Notes: generated by a model from the letters alone, not told the origin. Numbered from the stretch's first letter, positions 1 through 13,577 are shown. The stretch is DNA of 64,000 nt from Octopus vulgaris (GCA_951406725.2 OX597831.1:73904001-73968000), one strand, 5' to 3'. Numbers and translations are program-made.

Positions 1-541
1 GGGTGCAACCCTCCGCTGACATGGTTATGCTCACAGTCTTCTGGGACCAGGACGGAGTAGTGATGACAGATTTCCTGGCAAAGGGTACCACAATTACAGG
101 AGCCTATTATACTTCACTTTTGAGGAAATTAAGAGAAGCTATCAAAATCAAGAGGCGGGGCAAGATCAGCAAAGGCATCCTCCTCCTGCAGGACAACGCT
201 CCGGTCCACAACTCGCGTGTCGCCAGATCAGAAGCACAGGCGTGCAGCTATGAACTCCTCCCCTTGCACCCTCTGATTTTCACCTCTTCCCAGCCATGAA
301 GTTGATTTTGAAAGGAAAGCGTTTCCCAGATGATGCAGCCTTGATTTTTGAAGTCACGTCGTGGTTGGAGGACCAAGCTGGGGTCTTCTACAAAACGGTC
401 TCCAGAGCTGTATCAAACGATGGGAGAAATGCATAACTCTGAATAGTTCCTATGTAGGAAAAGACTAATAACTGTGCCAAGTGTCGTTGCTCTACTGCTA
501 TGGGAAGTGGGTCAGGGGCATTACTTATTGAACGCCCCTCG
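1..541 (+). mobile_element. Mariner (D,D34D) transposon, 3' part, decayed; 5' part lies outside the window
   Basis: ORF 3-299 has VMLTVFWDQDG, TITGAYY and LLLQDNAPVH; LAPSDFHLFP follows in a shifted frame with YSPD lost. Ends in a TIR-like ...TTATTGAACGCCCCTCG followed by TA. Confidence 0.93.
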
Positions 542-573
542 TATATATACCTATACACACACACATATATCTA

Positions 574-662
<89 letters not shown>

Positions 663-759
663 CGGGAAAGTTTAAGAAAATAAACAAAAGACGAAGGCAG
701 GTGGAGTACAAACAAACAAATGTATTAGTATGGCGCTCAGGAATAGAAATAGAACAAGT

Positions 760-795
760 CTTTTACGTTTCGAGCCTACGCTCTTTGACAGAAAG
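760..795 (-). ncRNA. Degenerate minimal hammerhead motif in a short element next to (TA)n (about 661-880)
   Basis: Minus strand: cttt-CTGTCAA-a-gagc(gtag)gctc-GAAA-cg-TA-aaag. Stems I and II pair; core has two substitutions. Related to 9379 and 43138. Confidence 0.6.
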
Positions 796-1081
796 AAACA
801 CAGAAAAAAACCCAAAAAACAAAAAAAAAAACAAGGAGAGAAACAAGGAGAGAAAAAATGCGTGTAGGAACTAACGATCTATCATGGCGTTCTGACTTCA
901 GGCAGAGGTCAGAGGTCAGACGTTAGAAGCTAGGGGGACAGTAGGGGAGATAACAGGGTCAAGTGACTTCCAAAACGAAGGTGGCCCCAACACGAAGGTG
1001 AGAGAGGAGATGAGGGGGAGAGAGGGAGAGGGGGGAGAGAGGAGATGAGGGGGAGAGAGGAGGAGGAGGAGAAAAGACCTG

Positions 1082-1692
1082 GTAATTCAATCTGCAAACA
1101 TGACTCCGATTAGATATGGATTTAAAGGACGAATGTACATGATAGAATAGAAATATATAAATCCACAGACATTTTTTAAAGATCTGTTAATAAATAAATA
1201 TATTAAAAATATATCTGCGTAAATTAATAGATTTTAAAAATCTCCGGATTGAAAACATTAAAACATGCCTGTATTGGTAAAAATATTGAAGAAAGTCTGA
1301 AGTGGAGATGGAAACGAAGTAAAAGATACAACGAGTAGCGAAATTACAATTCGGAATAGTTAAAATTAAAGTATGGTACCAACGGCCGTTTCTAGAGGTT
1401 CATTGCGGAAAATTAAAGGGATTAATTTCGCTCCTCTTTTACTTCGCTTCCATCACCACTTCAGACTTCCTCCAATATTTTTACCTATACACGCATGTTT
1501 TAATGTTTTTATACTTCAATCCGAAGATTTTTTAAAATCTATTAATTTACACATATATATTTTTAATATTATTTATTTATTTATAAATCTTTATAAAAAA
1601 ATTGTCTGTGTATTTCTATAATTCTATTCTATCATGTACATTTGTCCTTTAAATCCATTTCTAATCGGAGTCATGTTTGCGGATTGAATTAC
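1082..1692. repeat. Large imperfect inverted repeat (arms about 1082-1346 and 1423-1692)
   Basis: GTAATTCAATCTGCAAACATGACTCCGATTAG... is the reverse complement of ...CTAATCGGAGTCATGTTTGCGGATTGAATTAC; similarity extends about 265 bp inward with mismatches and indels. Confidence 0.92.
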
Positions 1693-1991
1693 TTTTGTTT
1701 CTTCACATTACATATTTATATCTTTCGTGTCAAGTCACTCTTGAGCACTTCTAAGTCCAAACCTCCACACTGTCAGAGAATTTCTAATCAATCTTCTTTC
1801 TCAAGACAATTATATATATATAGTACAAGTTTTTTTTGCCAACATAACGTAGCAGTCCTGCACAGGACTTTCTTACTACTTTTTAAGGAAAACATCTTAT
1901 GCAGATGGTTTATCGCCACATGGTCTGTGTCCGAGATATACTGTAAGTAAGCGGGCTTACTACTCCCTTCTAGCCGTTTGTATATGTCTCT

Positions 1992-2213
1992 CTTTACTCT
2001 TTTACTCTTCTACTTGTTTCAGTCATTTGACTTCGGCCATGCTGGAGCACGGCCTTTTTAATCGAGCAACTCGACCCTGGGACTTATTCTTTTGTAAGCC
2101 CAGTACTTATTCTATCGGTCTCTTTTGCCGAACCGCTAAGTAACGGGGACATAAACACACCAGCATCGGTTGTCAAGCAATGCTAGGGGGACAAACACAG
2201 ACACACACACACA

Positions 2214-2251
<38 letters not shown>

Positions 2252-2416
2252 TACGAAGGGCTTCTTTCAGTTTCCGTCTACCAAATCCACTCACAAGGCT
2301 TTGATCGGCCCGAGGCTATAGTAGAAGACACTTGCCCAAGGTGCCACGCAGTGGGACAGACCCCGGAACCATGTGGTTGGTAAACAAGCTACTTACCACA
2401 CAGCCACTCCTGCGCC
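1992..2416 (-). mobile_element. tRNA-derived SINE, family A, full length
   Basis: Head GGCGCAGGAGTGGCTGTGTGGTAAG, internal (TA)/(TG) tract, GTAAAAGA-repeat tail; about 13 homologous copies in the window. Confidence 0.9.
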
Positions 2417-3039
2417 TATATAATGTATATATATATATGTTAATGGATATTTTCCTTGTTACACTTATAACTCAATTAAAAACCGTTTCCTCTCACCATT
2501 TCATGTAATGTTAACCTGCACTTAGACTCTCACACTTGCCTCTTCACTCAGTCTTCGAAACTGCATTCAAATTGAAGCCCTTCTAACACTCAACCTTTCC
2601 ACACGAGTTTTGAAACTTCCTTCACGAAGACATTCCGCTCATCCTTACGGCTTCAACCAATTTTTCGTACTCCACTCACTCAAAAACATTCCACTCACAT
2701 TTGCCTCTTCAATCAGTCTTTCACACTCCACTCGAGTCTGTTCTGTTCACACTCATCACTTCAAATAGTCTGCCGCACTCCACTCCACTCAGTTGCGTTC
2801 CGCGCACACACGTCTCTTCGCTCAGTCTTCTACACTCCACTCATGTATATTCTGCTCACAATCTCTGCATCACCAAGTCGTCTACCCTCCACTCACCCAC
2901 AAACACTTCTACACTCACTGGCTGAGTCACACTCATCCACATATCACAAACTCTTAACTGAAATGGGCAGAAATAAAAACACTAATTAATATTCGTCATT
3001 CACATCTCCTCCTTCTTCCTCTCCCCTTGGGGGTTTAAT

Positions 3040-3501
3040 AACCCACCACCACCACCACCAAACACTACCACCATCACCGCCGCTACCACTCCCGCTACCA
3101 CCGCCGCTACCACCACCACCACCACCAACACCACCACTAAAACCACCACCACCACTACCACCACCATCACCACGACCACCATCACCACCACCACCACTAC
3201 CAAAACCACTAAAAACCACCACCACCACCACAAACACCACCACCACCACCACCATCAAAACCACCAAAACCACCACCACCGCTACCACCATCACCACCAC
3301 CACCACCGCCACCACCACCACCACCGCCACCACCGCTGCCGCCGCCGCCGCCACTACCACTACCATCACTGCAAACAATAACAACAACAGTACCAATACC
3401 ACACCACAAGCAATATCACTCTCACACCAATACTAGTTCCCCCCTCCCCCAACACCATCAAGACTGCTGCGACGACGACGATGGCCACCACCACCACCAC
3501 C

Positions 3502-3533
<32 letters not shown>

Positions 3534-3880
3534 CAGCAACAACAACGACAGCAATATTAGTATCAACAAGTGATGTGCATAATGACATTTATGGCAGGAC
3601 TTTGTGTGTTGTTGTTGATGATGATGATGATGATGATGATGATAATGTTGATGATGATGATGATGATGATGACCACGATGCTGTGGCGGTGTAGGTGGTG
3701 GTGGTGTCGATGACGATGATGATGATGATGATGACATTAAGTGCGATAGTATTTGTACGATAGTACAAGTGATGTATTAGTGAGGTTGCGAGAGTGGTGG
3801 TGGTGGTGGTGGCGGCGGTGGTGGTGGTGGTGGCGGTGGTGGCGGTGGTGGTGGTGGCGGTGGTGGTGGCGGTGGCGCAG
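3040..3880. repeat. Compound trinucleotide microsatellite (CAC/CAA/GAT/GGT)
   Basis: Directly visible; explains the poly-V/G/H/W ORFs. Confidence 0.95.
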
Positions 3881-4134
3881 CGGAAGGTTTGTTGGAGCGT
3901 TTCTGGAAACGTCCAAAGGATTAATGGACGGCAGGAAGATGTTTGTGATTATAGAATGTGTCTGGGAAGATGTGAGAAGTTTGAAGGAGTTGGGGAGAGG
4001 GCTGAGGAGGAAGAGGAGCGAAGGAGCGAAGGAGAGAGAGAGAGCGACGAGGTCTGTATGTGTGTGTGTATGCACGTATATATATATATATGTGTAGTGG
4101 TGGTGGTGGTGGTGATGGTGTGTGTGTGTGTAAC

Positions 4135-5200
4135 GATGTATGTATGTATGTATGTATGTATGTATGTATGTATGTATGTGTGTATGTATGTATCTATGTA
4201 TGTGTGTATGTGTGTATGTGTGTATGTATGTATGTGTGTATGTATGTGTGTGTGTATGTGTATGTGTGTATGTATGTATGTATGTATGTATGTATGTATG
4301 TATGTATGTATGTATGTATGTATGTGTGTATGTATGTATGTATGTATGTGTGTATGTATGTATGTGTGTATGTATGTATGTATGTATGTATGTATGTGTG
4401 TATGTATGTGTGTGTGTATGTATGTTTGTTTGTATGTGTGTATGTGTGTATGTATGTATGTATGTATGTATGTGTGTATGTATGTATGTATGTATGTGTG
4501 TATGTATGTGTGTGTGTATGTATGTTTGTTTGTATGTGTGTATGTGTGTATGTATGTATGTATGTATCTATCTATCTATCTATCTGCCTATCCCTCTGTC
4601 TCTCTCTCTCTATCAGTATATATCTCTATCTATCTATTTGTCTTTCTCTCTCTCTTTGTATCTCTCTATCTCTCTATCGGTTGCACTTACCCGTACACAC
4701 ACACACACACACGCACACATACACATATTTGTATTATACACGCATACATAACATGCTCATGCACATAGTCATATGTGTGTAGGTATATATATATACATAT
4801 ACTTACATCCACACTCGCACGCATACTCACATACATACACACACACACATGTAACCACGCTGAACTTCAACAAAACATACATCCATACACACACAGGGCC
4901 ACACCACACATACTCATATATATGTGTGTACGCTTGTGTGTATGTGTGTGTGTGTGTGTGTGTGTGCGTGCGTGTGTGTGCGTGTGTGTGTGTTTGTGTG
5001 TGCGTGCGTGTGCGTGCGCGTGTGTGCGTGCGTGTGTGTGTGTGTGTGTGTACGTGTGTGTGTGTGTGTGCGTGCGTGTGTGTGTGTGTGCGTGCGTGCG
5101 TGCGTGTATGTGTTGGCAGATACCACAGCTTGTAAGTCATAGATACGTAGTGAGAAAAAGAGGGGGAGAGAGCGAGACAGAAAGAGAGAGAAAAAGACAG

Positions 5201-5244
<44 letters not shown>

Positions 5245-5245
5245 C
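4135..5245. repeat. (TATG)n/(TG)n/(GA)n microsatellite block
   Basis: Directly visible. Confidence 0.95.
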
Positions 5246-5481
5246 AGTGACCGAAGAAAGAAAGGGAGAAAGCGTGGGGAGAGTGGAGAGATGGAGAGAG
5301 TGGAAAGAGAGTGTATTTGTGCATAAAAAAGTTGGTGAATGTCGTTGAATTGGCACCAGTTGATGTTTATCTCTGTGAATTATTAACTATTTTAGCCTTC
5401 CTTTGCTATTTCACATACAAGGACATACAGCAGAGAACGCATATGTACATCTACACAGACTGGTACACACATACACTCACA

Positions 5482-5531
<50 letters not shown>

Positions 5532-6401
5532 TACATAGATGTGTGCGTAGGGAGACGTACAGTATGTATGTGAACACATACACTGACCGACGGACACACA
5601 CACAGAAGCAGAATCTAGTGGTTGCACGGAAATACATGTCGAAAGAGATATTTTTCCAATGTCTGATCGGGCTCGATAGGTTCTGGGTTCGAATCCAGCA
5701 TTCTGCCTCTGCAAAGAAAACACAAGTAAAAAAACCCTCAGAAAACAAAGATACAAACAAACATACAAACGGATCTTTTCCTTTTGATGGACGGAATTGT
5801 CTAGTTAACTAAACAATTTGAAACTTCGTATACTGGTAGAATGTGTCAAGAGAAAACATTATTGTAAACAAAATTGAAAACAAAATTGTAATTTGTAAGT
5901 TTAACGCAGTTTAATTCTTCGAATTTTAACCAATGAAATGCCAGCATTTGAGCTCAAATGTTGCTAGCTGATAACCCTTAACACCCGAGAGCAAGAGGGA
6001 AGAGAAGAGGGAATAGAAAAAATTCTGTTGAGTCAACGAACGATATTTGATATGTATACAAATACATACGGACATAGATACATTATTTGCGCGCTTACAC
6101 ACACTCATACACGTGTTTGAGTGTGTAATGCGAGTCTCTCAGTATATTCTCTCCCAGTTTTAACTAGTTAAAGACTTCCTCTGAGGAATGGACTGCTTTC
6201 TAACAATGATACAAAGCTCCATCGTTGGAATATAGACAACAAAACAATGTCACATTTTAGACTTGAGAAAAGTCTTGCATAACTTTATTGTTCTATTTAC
6301 AGATTGCAGCCCAGCTTGTCCAGATTGCCACTTAAGAATTTACTCGCAAAACCAAGTACAGGAGTTATTACTGGTATAAACGAGAATTTATAAACTGCAT
6401 A

Positions 6402-6574
6402 GGCGTAGGAGTGGCTGTGTGGTAAGTAGCTTGCTTACTAATCACATGGTTCCGGTCTCAGTCCCACTGTGTGGCACCTTGGGCAAGTGTTTTCTGCTAT
6501 AGCCTCGGGCCGACTAAAGCTTTGTGAGTGGATTTGGTAGACGGAAATTGAAAGAAGCCCATCATATATGTGTT

Positions 6575-6620
<46 letters not shown>

Positions 6621-6809
6621 TCCCCTCCCAACATCGCTTGACAATCGATGCTGGTGTGCTTGTCTCCGTAACTTAACGGTTTGCCAAAACGGACCGATAG
6701 AATAAGTACTTGGTTTACAAAGAATAAGTCAAGGGGCCAATTTGCTGGACTAAAGGCAGTGCTCCAGCGTGGCCGCAGTCAAATAATTGAAACAAGTAAA
6801 AGAATAAAA
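6402..6809 (+). mobile_element. SINE family A, full length
   Basis: Same head, body and tail as 1992-2416. Confidence 0.9.
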
Positions 6810-6811
6810 TC

Positions 6812-7030
6812 TAATAATCCTTTCTACTATAAGCACAAGGCCTGCAATTTTGGGGCAAGGAACTCGTTGACTACATCGATCCCAGTATTCACCTGGTACG
6901 TATTTCCTTGACTCCGAAAGGCTAGAAAGCTAAATCGGCCTCGGTGGAATTTGAACTCAGAACATAAAGACGGACGGAATGCCGCTAAGCATTTTGTCCG
7001 GAGTATAACGCTCCTGCCAACTCGTCGCCT
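6812..7030 (-). mobile_element. tRNA-derived SINE, family B
   Basis: Minus head GGCGACGAGTTGGCAG, B-box-like GAGTTCAAATTCC; homologous to 24313-24682 and 27958-28175. Confidence 0.8.
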
Positions 7031-7535
7031 TAAACCAAATCAAATAATGAAATATGTTTACAATTGCAAGAATAACTAATCAAAATTTAATCAATTAATT
7101 ATTGATTTGTGCTGAAATATAACATTTATTACAGACTTGTTGATTGAATAAAGAGTAAATGATTAATTAAGTAAGTTCATAAATGACGTCACCAGAAACC
7201 ATCTCGCTGCTTGTTTTACAAACCAAGATGAACCATTCCACAATCTCATACTGAAACTAAGAGAAGTGTCATAACTAGGAAGGATATGCGTTCAGTCATA
7301 GCCTGATGTGAATACAGAACTCAGCTGTTGATATTAAATGGACGCCATGAGAACGTCCTGAGACGAAATGCAATGCAAAAGTGCTTACGTCAGGAAAATT
7401 CAAAACAAGCGACAGCTTTATTTTTATTTTGCGTCGCCATCTGTAAACTGTAAAAGTTTTTGTTCGTTTAGATATGAATGGTTTCCGCCATATTGTATTT
7501 TACATAACTGCAACGATGTATACCCGATTATAAAT

Positions 7536-7603
<68 letters not shown>

Positions 7604-7760
7604 ACACACACACACACACACACACACATACACACACGAAGACATGCACACACATACATAATTAAGCATGTAAACACTCATACAGACACTGCCATTCGCA
7701 TGCATTGATATTTATGCATATATAGACATGCAATCTAGCGTGTGTATATCTATATGTGTG

Positions 7761-7800
<40 letters not shown>

Positions 7801-7802
<2 letters not shown>

Positions 7803-8200
7803 CGCAGGAGTGGCTGTGTGGTAAGTAGCTTGCTAACCAACCTCATGGTTCTGGGTTCAGTCCCACTGCGTGGCATCTTGGGCAAGTGTCTTCTGCTATA
7901 GCCCCGACCGACCAATGCCTTGTGAGTGGATTTGGTAGACGGAAACTGAAAGAAGCCTGTCGTATATATGTATATATATATATATGTATGTGTGTTTGTG
8001 TGTCTGTGTTTGTCCCCCTAGCATTGCTTGACAACCGATGCTGGTGTGTTTACGTCCCCGTCACTTAGCGGTTCGGCAAAAAGAGACCGATAGAATAAGT
8101 ACTGGGCTTACAAAAGAATAAGTCCCGGGGTCGATTTGCTCGACTAAAGGCGGTGCTCCAGCATAGCCGCAGTCAAATGACTGAAACAAGTAAAAGAGAA
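7801..8200 (+). mobile_element. SINE family A, full length
   Basis: Closely matches 35626-36038 on the opposite strand. Confidence 0.92.
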
Positions 8201-8380
8201 AGATATATATATATATAAATATATATATAAATATATAAATATATATATATATATATACAAACATACATACATGCATATATATATAGCAAAAATTTAGATT
8301 CAGATGAATATGGTACTTAAGTTGAGGCACCAGAATTTAGTATGGTATTATTCATACAATTTCAAAGTAAGGTGATTAAA

Positions 8381-8453
8381 ATCAAAATAAGCAACAAGGA
8401 TATCCAGAGGTGATGCAGCATTACCTCTGGATATCCTTGTTGCTTATTTTGAT
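8381..8453. repeat. 36-bp-arm hairpin abutting a short TA run
   Basis: ATCAAAATAAGCAACAAGGATATCCAGAGGTGATGC-A-GCATTACCTCTGGATATCCTTGTTGCTTATTTTGAT, one G/T mismatch. Confidence 0.95.
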
Positions 8454-8738
8454 ATATATATAGTATATATATGTACATAACACACATCGTCATACATCGC
8501 ACATAGACATACCTACCCAAGTGCACAGAGAGAGACATATACCCACATTAGTACACAAGAATGAAGTATGAACATACTATACACGTCTAAAGAAATGTAC
8601 TTCACATACATACACATATGACAAAGAATGTTATACATAATTATACTACACACACAACTTTGCATATTAATAAAATTAAGATATGCATCTCAATCGATAT
8701 TTCTGCAGACTGAGTCAGAGGCTCAAAACCGTACGTGC

Positions 8739-8897
<159 letters not shown>

Positions 8898-8940
8898 TAT
8901 ATGTGCGTGTCTGTGTGTGTATGTGTATGTATGTTCATAT

Positions 8941-9038
<98 letters not shown>

Positions 9039-9378
9039 GGATGTATTTATATGCATCCGTTCTAACTCAGTGTGTGAAGAGGAATAAAATATCAATTGCT
9101 TATAAATTATACGCTAAAAGTACATTATTTTATGAAATGTCAGAGTCATATATATATACATACATATCAATTTTATACGACATGGAAGTATATTAACAAT
9201 ATTAATGAACGTGGATTAACTACACATACACGCGCAAAAGGTCTTACCCCAACACAAACCAACACACCCACATATGTTTATTAATGCATGTATGCATATA
9301 TATATATATATATGTGACCGCGTGTGTATCGTTGGCGATTTTTTCCCTCCGTCTTCTCTGGATCTTTCCTTTTCCTAT

Positions 9379-9413
9379 GTTTCTGACGAAGAGCTCCGCT
9401 TGAAACGTAAAGT
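9379..9413 (+). ncRNA. Minimal hammerhead motif in a ~200 bp element (about 9315-9515)
   Basis: gttt-CTGACGA-a-gagc(tcc)gctt-GAAA-cg-TA-aagt; the element is repeated on the minus strand at about 43035-43225. Confidence 0.72.
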
Positions 9414-9693
9414 CCTCCTTCTTCCCTTCCTTCCTGAGCGTCCAATAATGCTATATTTGTTCCACGTCCTCGCGTTGTTGTGTTTTCTCTTGGTGTTTTC
9501 ATATTTGGATTAACTATATATATATAACATATAAGGGATGACCATTCCTTATATATAACATATAAGGGATGGCCATAATGGGGATGGCCATCCCTTATAT
9601 GTTTGAATGTATATTATATAGTCTATTGACTATATTTTCTTTCTCACTTGACCGCTGGTAGCGGAGAATTTTTCTAGAATTGTTTGCTACCCT

Positions 9694-9809
<116 letters not shown>

Positions 9810-9929
9810 GTACACAGGTGTACATATTTATATATATATGTTATATGTGTGTGTGCTTGTATATGGTTGTGTGTGTGTATACGTGTGTGCATGTGTGTGT
9901 ATATATGTGTGTACGTGTGTGTGTGTATA

Positions 9930-10170
9930 GGCATGGCTGTGTAGTAAGAAGTTTGCTTCACAGCCACATGGTCCCATCTTTAATCCTATTGCGTGACACC
10001 TCGAGCAAGTGTCTTCTAGTATAGCCTGGGGCCGACCAAAGCCTTCTGATAGAAGTACCAAGTTTCAAAAACGAAGAACTGCCGCCAATTCTTTCAAATA
10101 TGAGTTCTGCAAGACGGTGCCCCAGCATGGACACAGTCTAATGAGTGAAACATGAGAAAGAGAAAAGATT
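9930..10170 (+). mobile_element. SINE family A, internally deleted and diverged
   Basis: GGCATGGCTGTGTAGTAAGAAG head plus GGTGCCCCAGCATGG...GAAACATGAGAAAGAG tail. Confidence 0.75.
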
Positions 10171-10393
10171 AAAGATACACGTAGGTACATGCATAGGCGT
10201 ATATGTGCGTGTGTTTGCTTGTGTGCGTATGTGTATGTGTGCGCATTATACACACACACACATATATGTATAGACTTATATGCATATGTGTGTGTGTGTG
10301 TATGGATATGTACACGCATATACAAAACACATACAGATAAATACATCGATACATACATACATTCACATACATCCATACACTAATAAACAACAG

Positions 10394-10424
<31 letters not shown>

Positions 10425-10465
10425 TGTATATATATATATGTATATATATATGTATATACATACAT

Positions 10466-10496
<31 letters not shown>

Positions 10497-10586
10497 CATA
10501 TATATAAATATATAAGTATATATATATACATACATATATATATATATGTGTATATATATATATTTTATATACACATACATATACGT

Positions 10587-10623
<37 letters not shown>

Positions 10624-10833
10624 AGTGATGTTGCTATTTGATACAAACCAGAGACTATAGCCAGCTGTCACTGTACGATATCAATGATGATATAACATCG
10701 TAGAATACCGTAAATAACTGGATATCCATGCGTTATTACTGTATGTGGTGTTTGTCTGTATGTGTGTGTGTGTGTATGTGTTGTTAATCCAAAAAGAACT
10801 TCTGAGCATACATTTATTATAATATCATTGTGA

Positions 10834-10953
<120 letters not shown>

Positions 10954-11314
10954 CATCCACCCATCTATGTATGTATGTATGTATGTATGTATGTATCTAT
11001 TTTTCTTTCTTTCTCTCTACCTACCTACCTACCTACCTACCTACCTACCTACCTACCTACCTACCTACCTACCTACCTATCTATCTATCTATCAACCTAC
11101 CTGTCTATCTATGTCTATGCATATATAGGTGTACATATAAACATATATGTGTATGTTCATATATATGTATATACATATATCTGCATATATGTGAGTATGT
11201 CTATATATAAGTATAAGTATGTACACACACATACATGCAGACATACATATATATATGCATACATACATACATTCATACATACATACATACCTATATACAT
11301 ACCTATATACATAC

Positions 11315-11362
<48 letters not shown>

Positions 11363-11369
<7 letters not shown>

Positions 11370-11973
11370 TTTTTATTGCTGAAAAAGGCGAAACTGCAGT
11401 CTAAGAAGAACCGAGTTAGTAAAAGTTTTTATTTTCATTTCACTAAATTTATCAAGCTTCTGTGTTTCTAGTACATACTTCGCCGCTTAATGTACTTATA
11501 TATGAATAATATATGGCCTGTGCTAGAAACACCAGCGATAATAATTAATGTTATTTTATCGCATTCTGACTTTGTTTACATATTTCTCGATAAATTTTGA
11601 GCGTTAGACTATATACCAGAAATCCCTATTTTGTCGGGTACATTCTGCGTCTGCGCAGTGATCTGATTAGTTAGAAAGAGCAAATCAGTAGACGCACATG
11701 TTGTCTATCGGGTTGCGATTTAAGAATAACAGGAATCTTACTGAAGAGCCTACCTGAGCAAATAAATATTTTTATTGCTGAAAAAGGCGAAACTGCAGTC
11801 TAAGAAGAACTGAGTTAGTAAAAGTTTTTATTTTCATTTCACTAAATTTATCAAGCTTCTGTGTTTCTAGTACATACTTCGCCGCTTAATGTACTTATAT
11901 ATGAATAATATATGGCCTGTGCTAGAAACACCAGCGATAATAATTAATTTTATTTTATCGCATTCTGACTTTG
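11363..11973 (+). mobile_element. Non-coding HHR element: 399-bp unit plus about 210-bp direct repeat, between (TA)n tracts (PLE pseudo-LTR or retrozyme-like)
   Basis: 11363-11574 is almost identical to 11762-11973; a complete HHR spans the repeat junction. Confidence 0.85.
11736..11805 (+). ncRNA. Type I hammerhead ribozyme, intact core
   Basis: tctta-CTGAAGA-gcct...aggc-GAAA-ctgcag-TC-taaga. Stem I 5 bp, stem II 4 bp, palindromic stem III ACTGCAGT; predicted cleavage after C11800. Confidence 0.88.
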
Positions 11974-13577
11974 TATATATATATATATATATATATATAT
12001 GCATGTCTCTATAAATCAAGGTATTCTATGATAATCACATCTCACCAAAGAATAGAAAGCCCAAAACATCTTCGATTTTCCAAAAGGTTGGAAAAAGAAA
12101 AGAACACAAACTAATTTGATGATTGATTTATTGATAGTTTCTATTGACTGTTTGTGACACTAGGTATGGCTGGGTGCGTAAGTAGTTTGCTTTGTATCTC
12201 TGTAGTTCTGGGTTCAATCCTACCGCACGTCACTTTGTACAAATCTCTTTTTGCAGAATCTCGTGTAGACCAAATGGAAAGCACATGGATGCCCTTCGTA
12301 GAGGCTGTTCATGTTTTCATGTGGTAAACCTAATCATTCATTCTGCATTAATATCACTATGAGACCGTGGACTGCTTTTTTTCCGGATTTCATTCTCTTG
12401 TAATATTGTTGTCCGGTATCTATTCTGTGGATAATTTCTTGCTTTGCAATAACCACCAATCACCCTTAAAATAGTAACAGTTGTTAACCTATCACCTTTG
12501 AATGCGTTCCATTAAAACACCCCCCCACACACACACTTAAATATTCTTTGCTTTTCCCCCACTTCTTTCAATGGGACTTTTTTCCACTTAATAAACAAAT
12601 ATAAACAAGCTTTGCATCCTAATTTAACATATGATTATACGTCTCTGAGGATTTGACAATGCAGCTTAATTACACACTTTTATAGCATATAACTGAAGAT
12701 CGTTCTTTGTTAATGAAATGTGCTTAAGATGATAGAAACAAATATTTTATAAACACTCATTCATGCCTCCTTTTGTTTACTAAATGAATTCTGTGACATA
12801 ACCAACTGCAGATTCCAACCAAATGATCCGTGGACTCTAATGTGTCCTCCACACCACCGCATTTCTGTTATACGGGAATACACATTGAGTTTTAAATGTT
12901 TATTATTTGTCATGCAATTTAAATTTTAGATCACTAAATACATAGGCGTACAAACGCGCACGTACGCCAACACATATATACACACAAACACGCACACACA
13001 CGTTGGGCAATTAAACAGGTGATTCTGTACTCAGTACAGACCATGGTAAGGAAGTACTCGTCAATTTTACAGTGCTGGCACTGCTTATAAAGCGAAGCTT
13101 GTTTCTATTATGTCGTTCCACTTGAGTGATGTCTTCGTCATGGAACGGTCCACAGCCTTGAACCAAGTACGTCGTCCCTACAAACCCACGTGTATATATT
13201 TATACTATAACTATTTCCTCTTAAATATCGCCTTCCCCATGCGTATCTCAACGTAAACCCAGCATGCCTTTTAGCAGATACTGAATGCATTAAGACACAG
13301 CAAGGCAGCCACAAATGATTTACTAGAAATAGCAGCCGAATAAGTTTTGAATTTGTCACAGTTTGAATGTAATACATTTCAAAAGAAACACACACGCGCA
13401 AATATTCTTTGTATTCCCCTCACTTTTTTAACGGGGTTTTCCTCCACTTAATAACAAATATAAAACAAACTTCGTATCAAGAAAAACCCTACCGCCGCTT
13501 AACCACTGTTGTGTGTGTGTATATATATATATATCTGTGTGTGTGTGTGTATGTGTGTGCGCGCGCGTGTATGTGGT

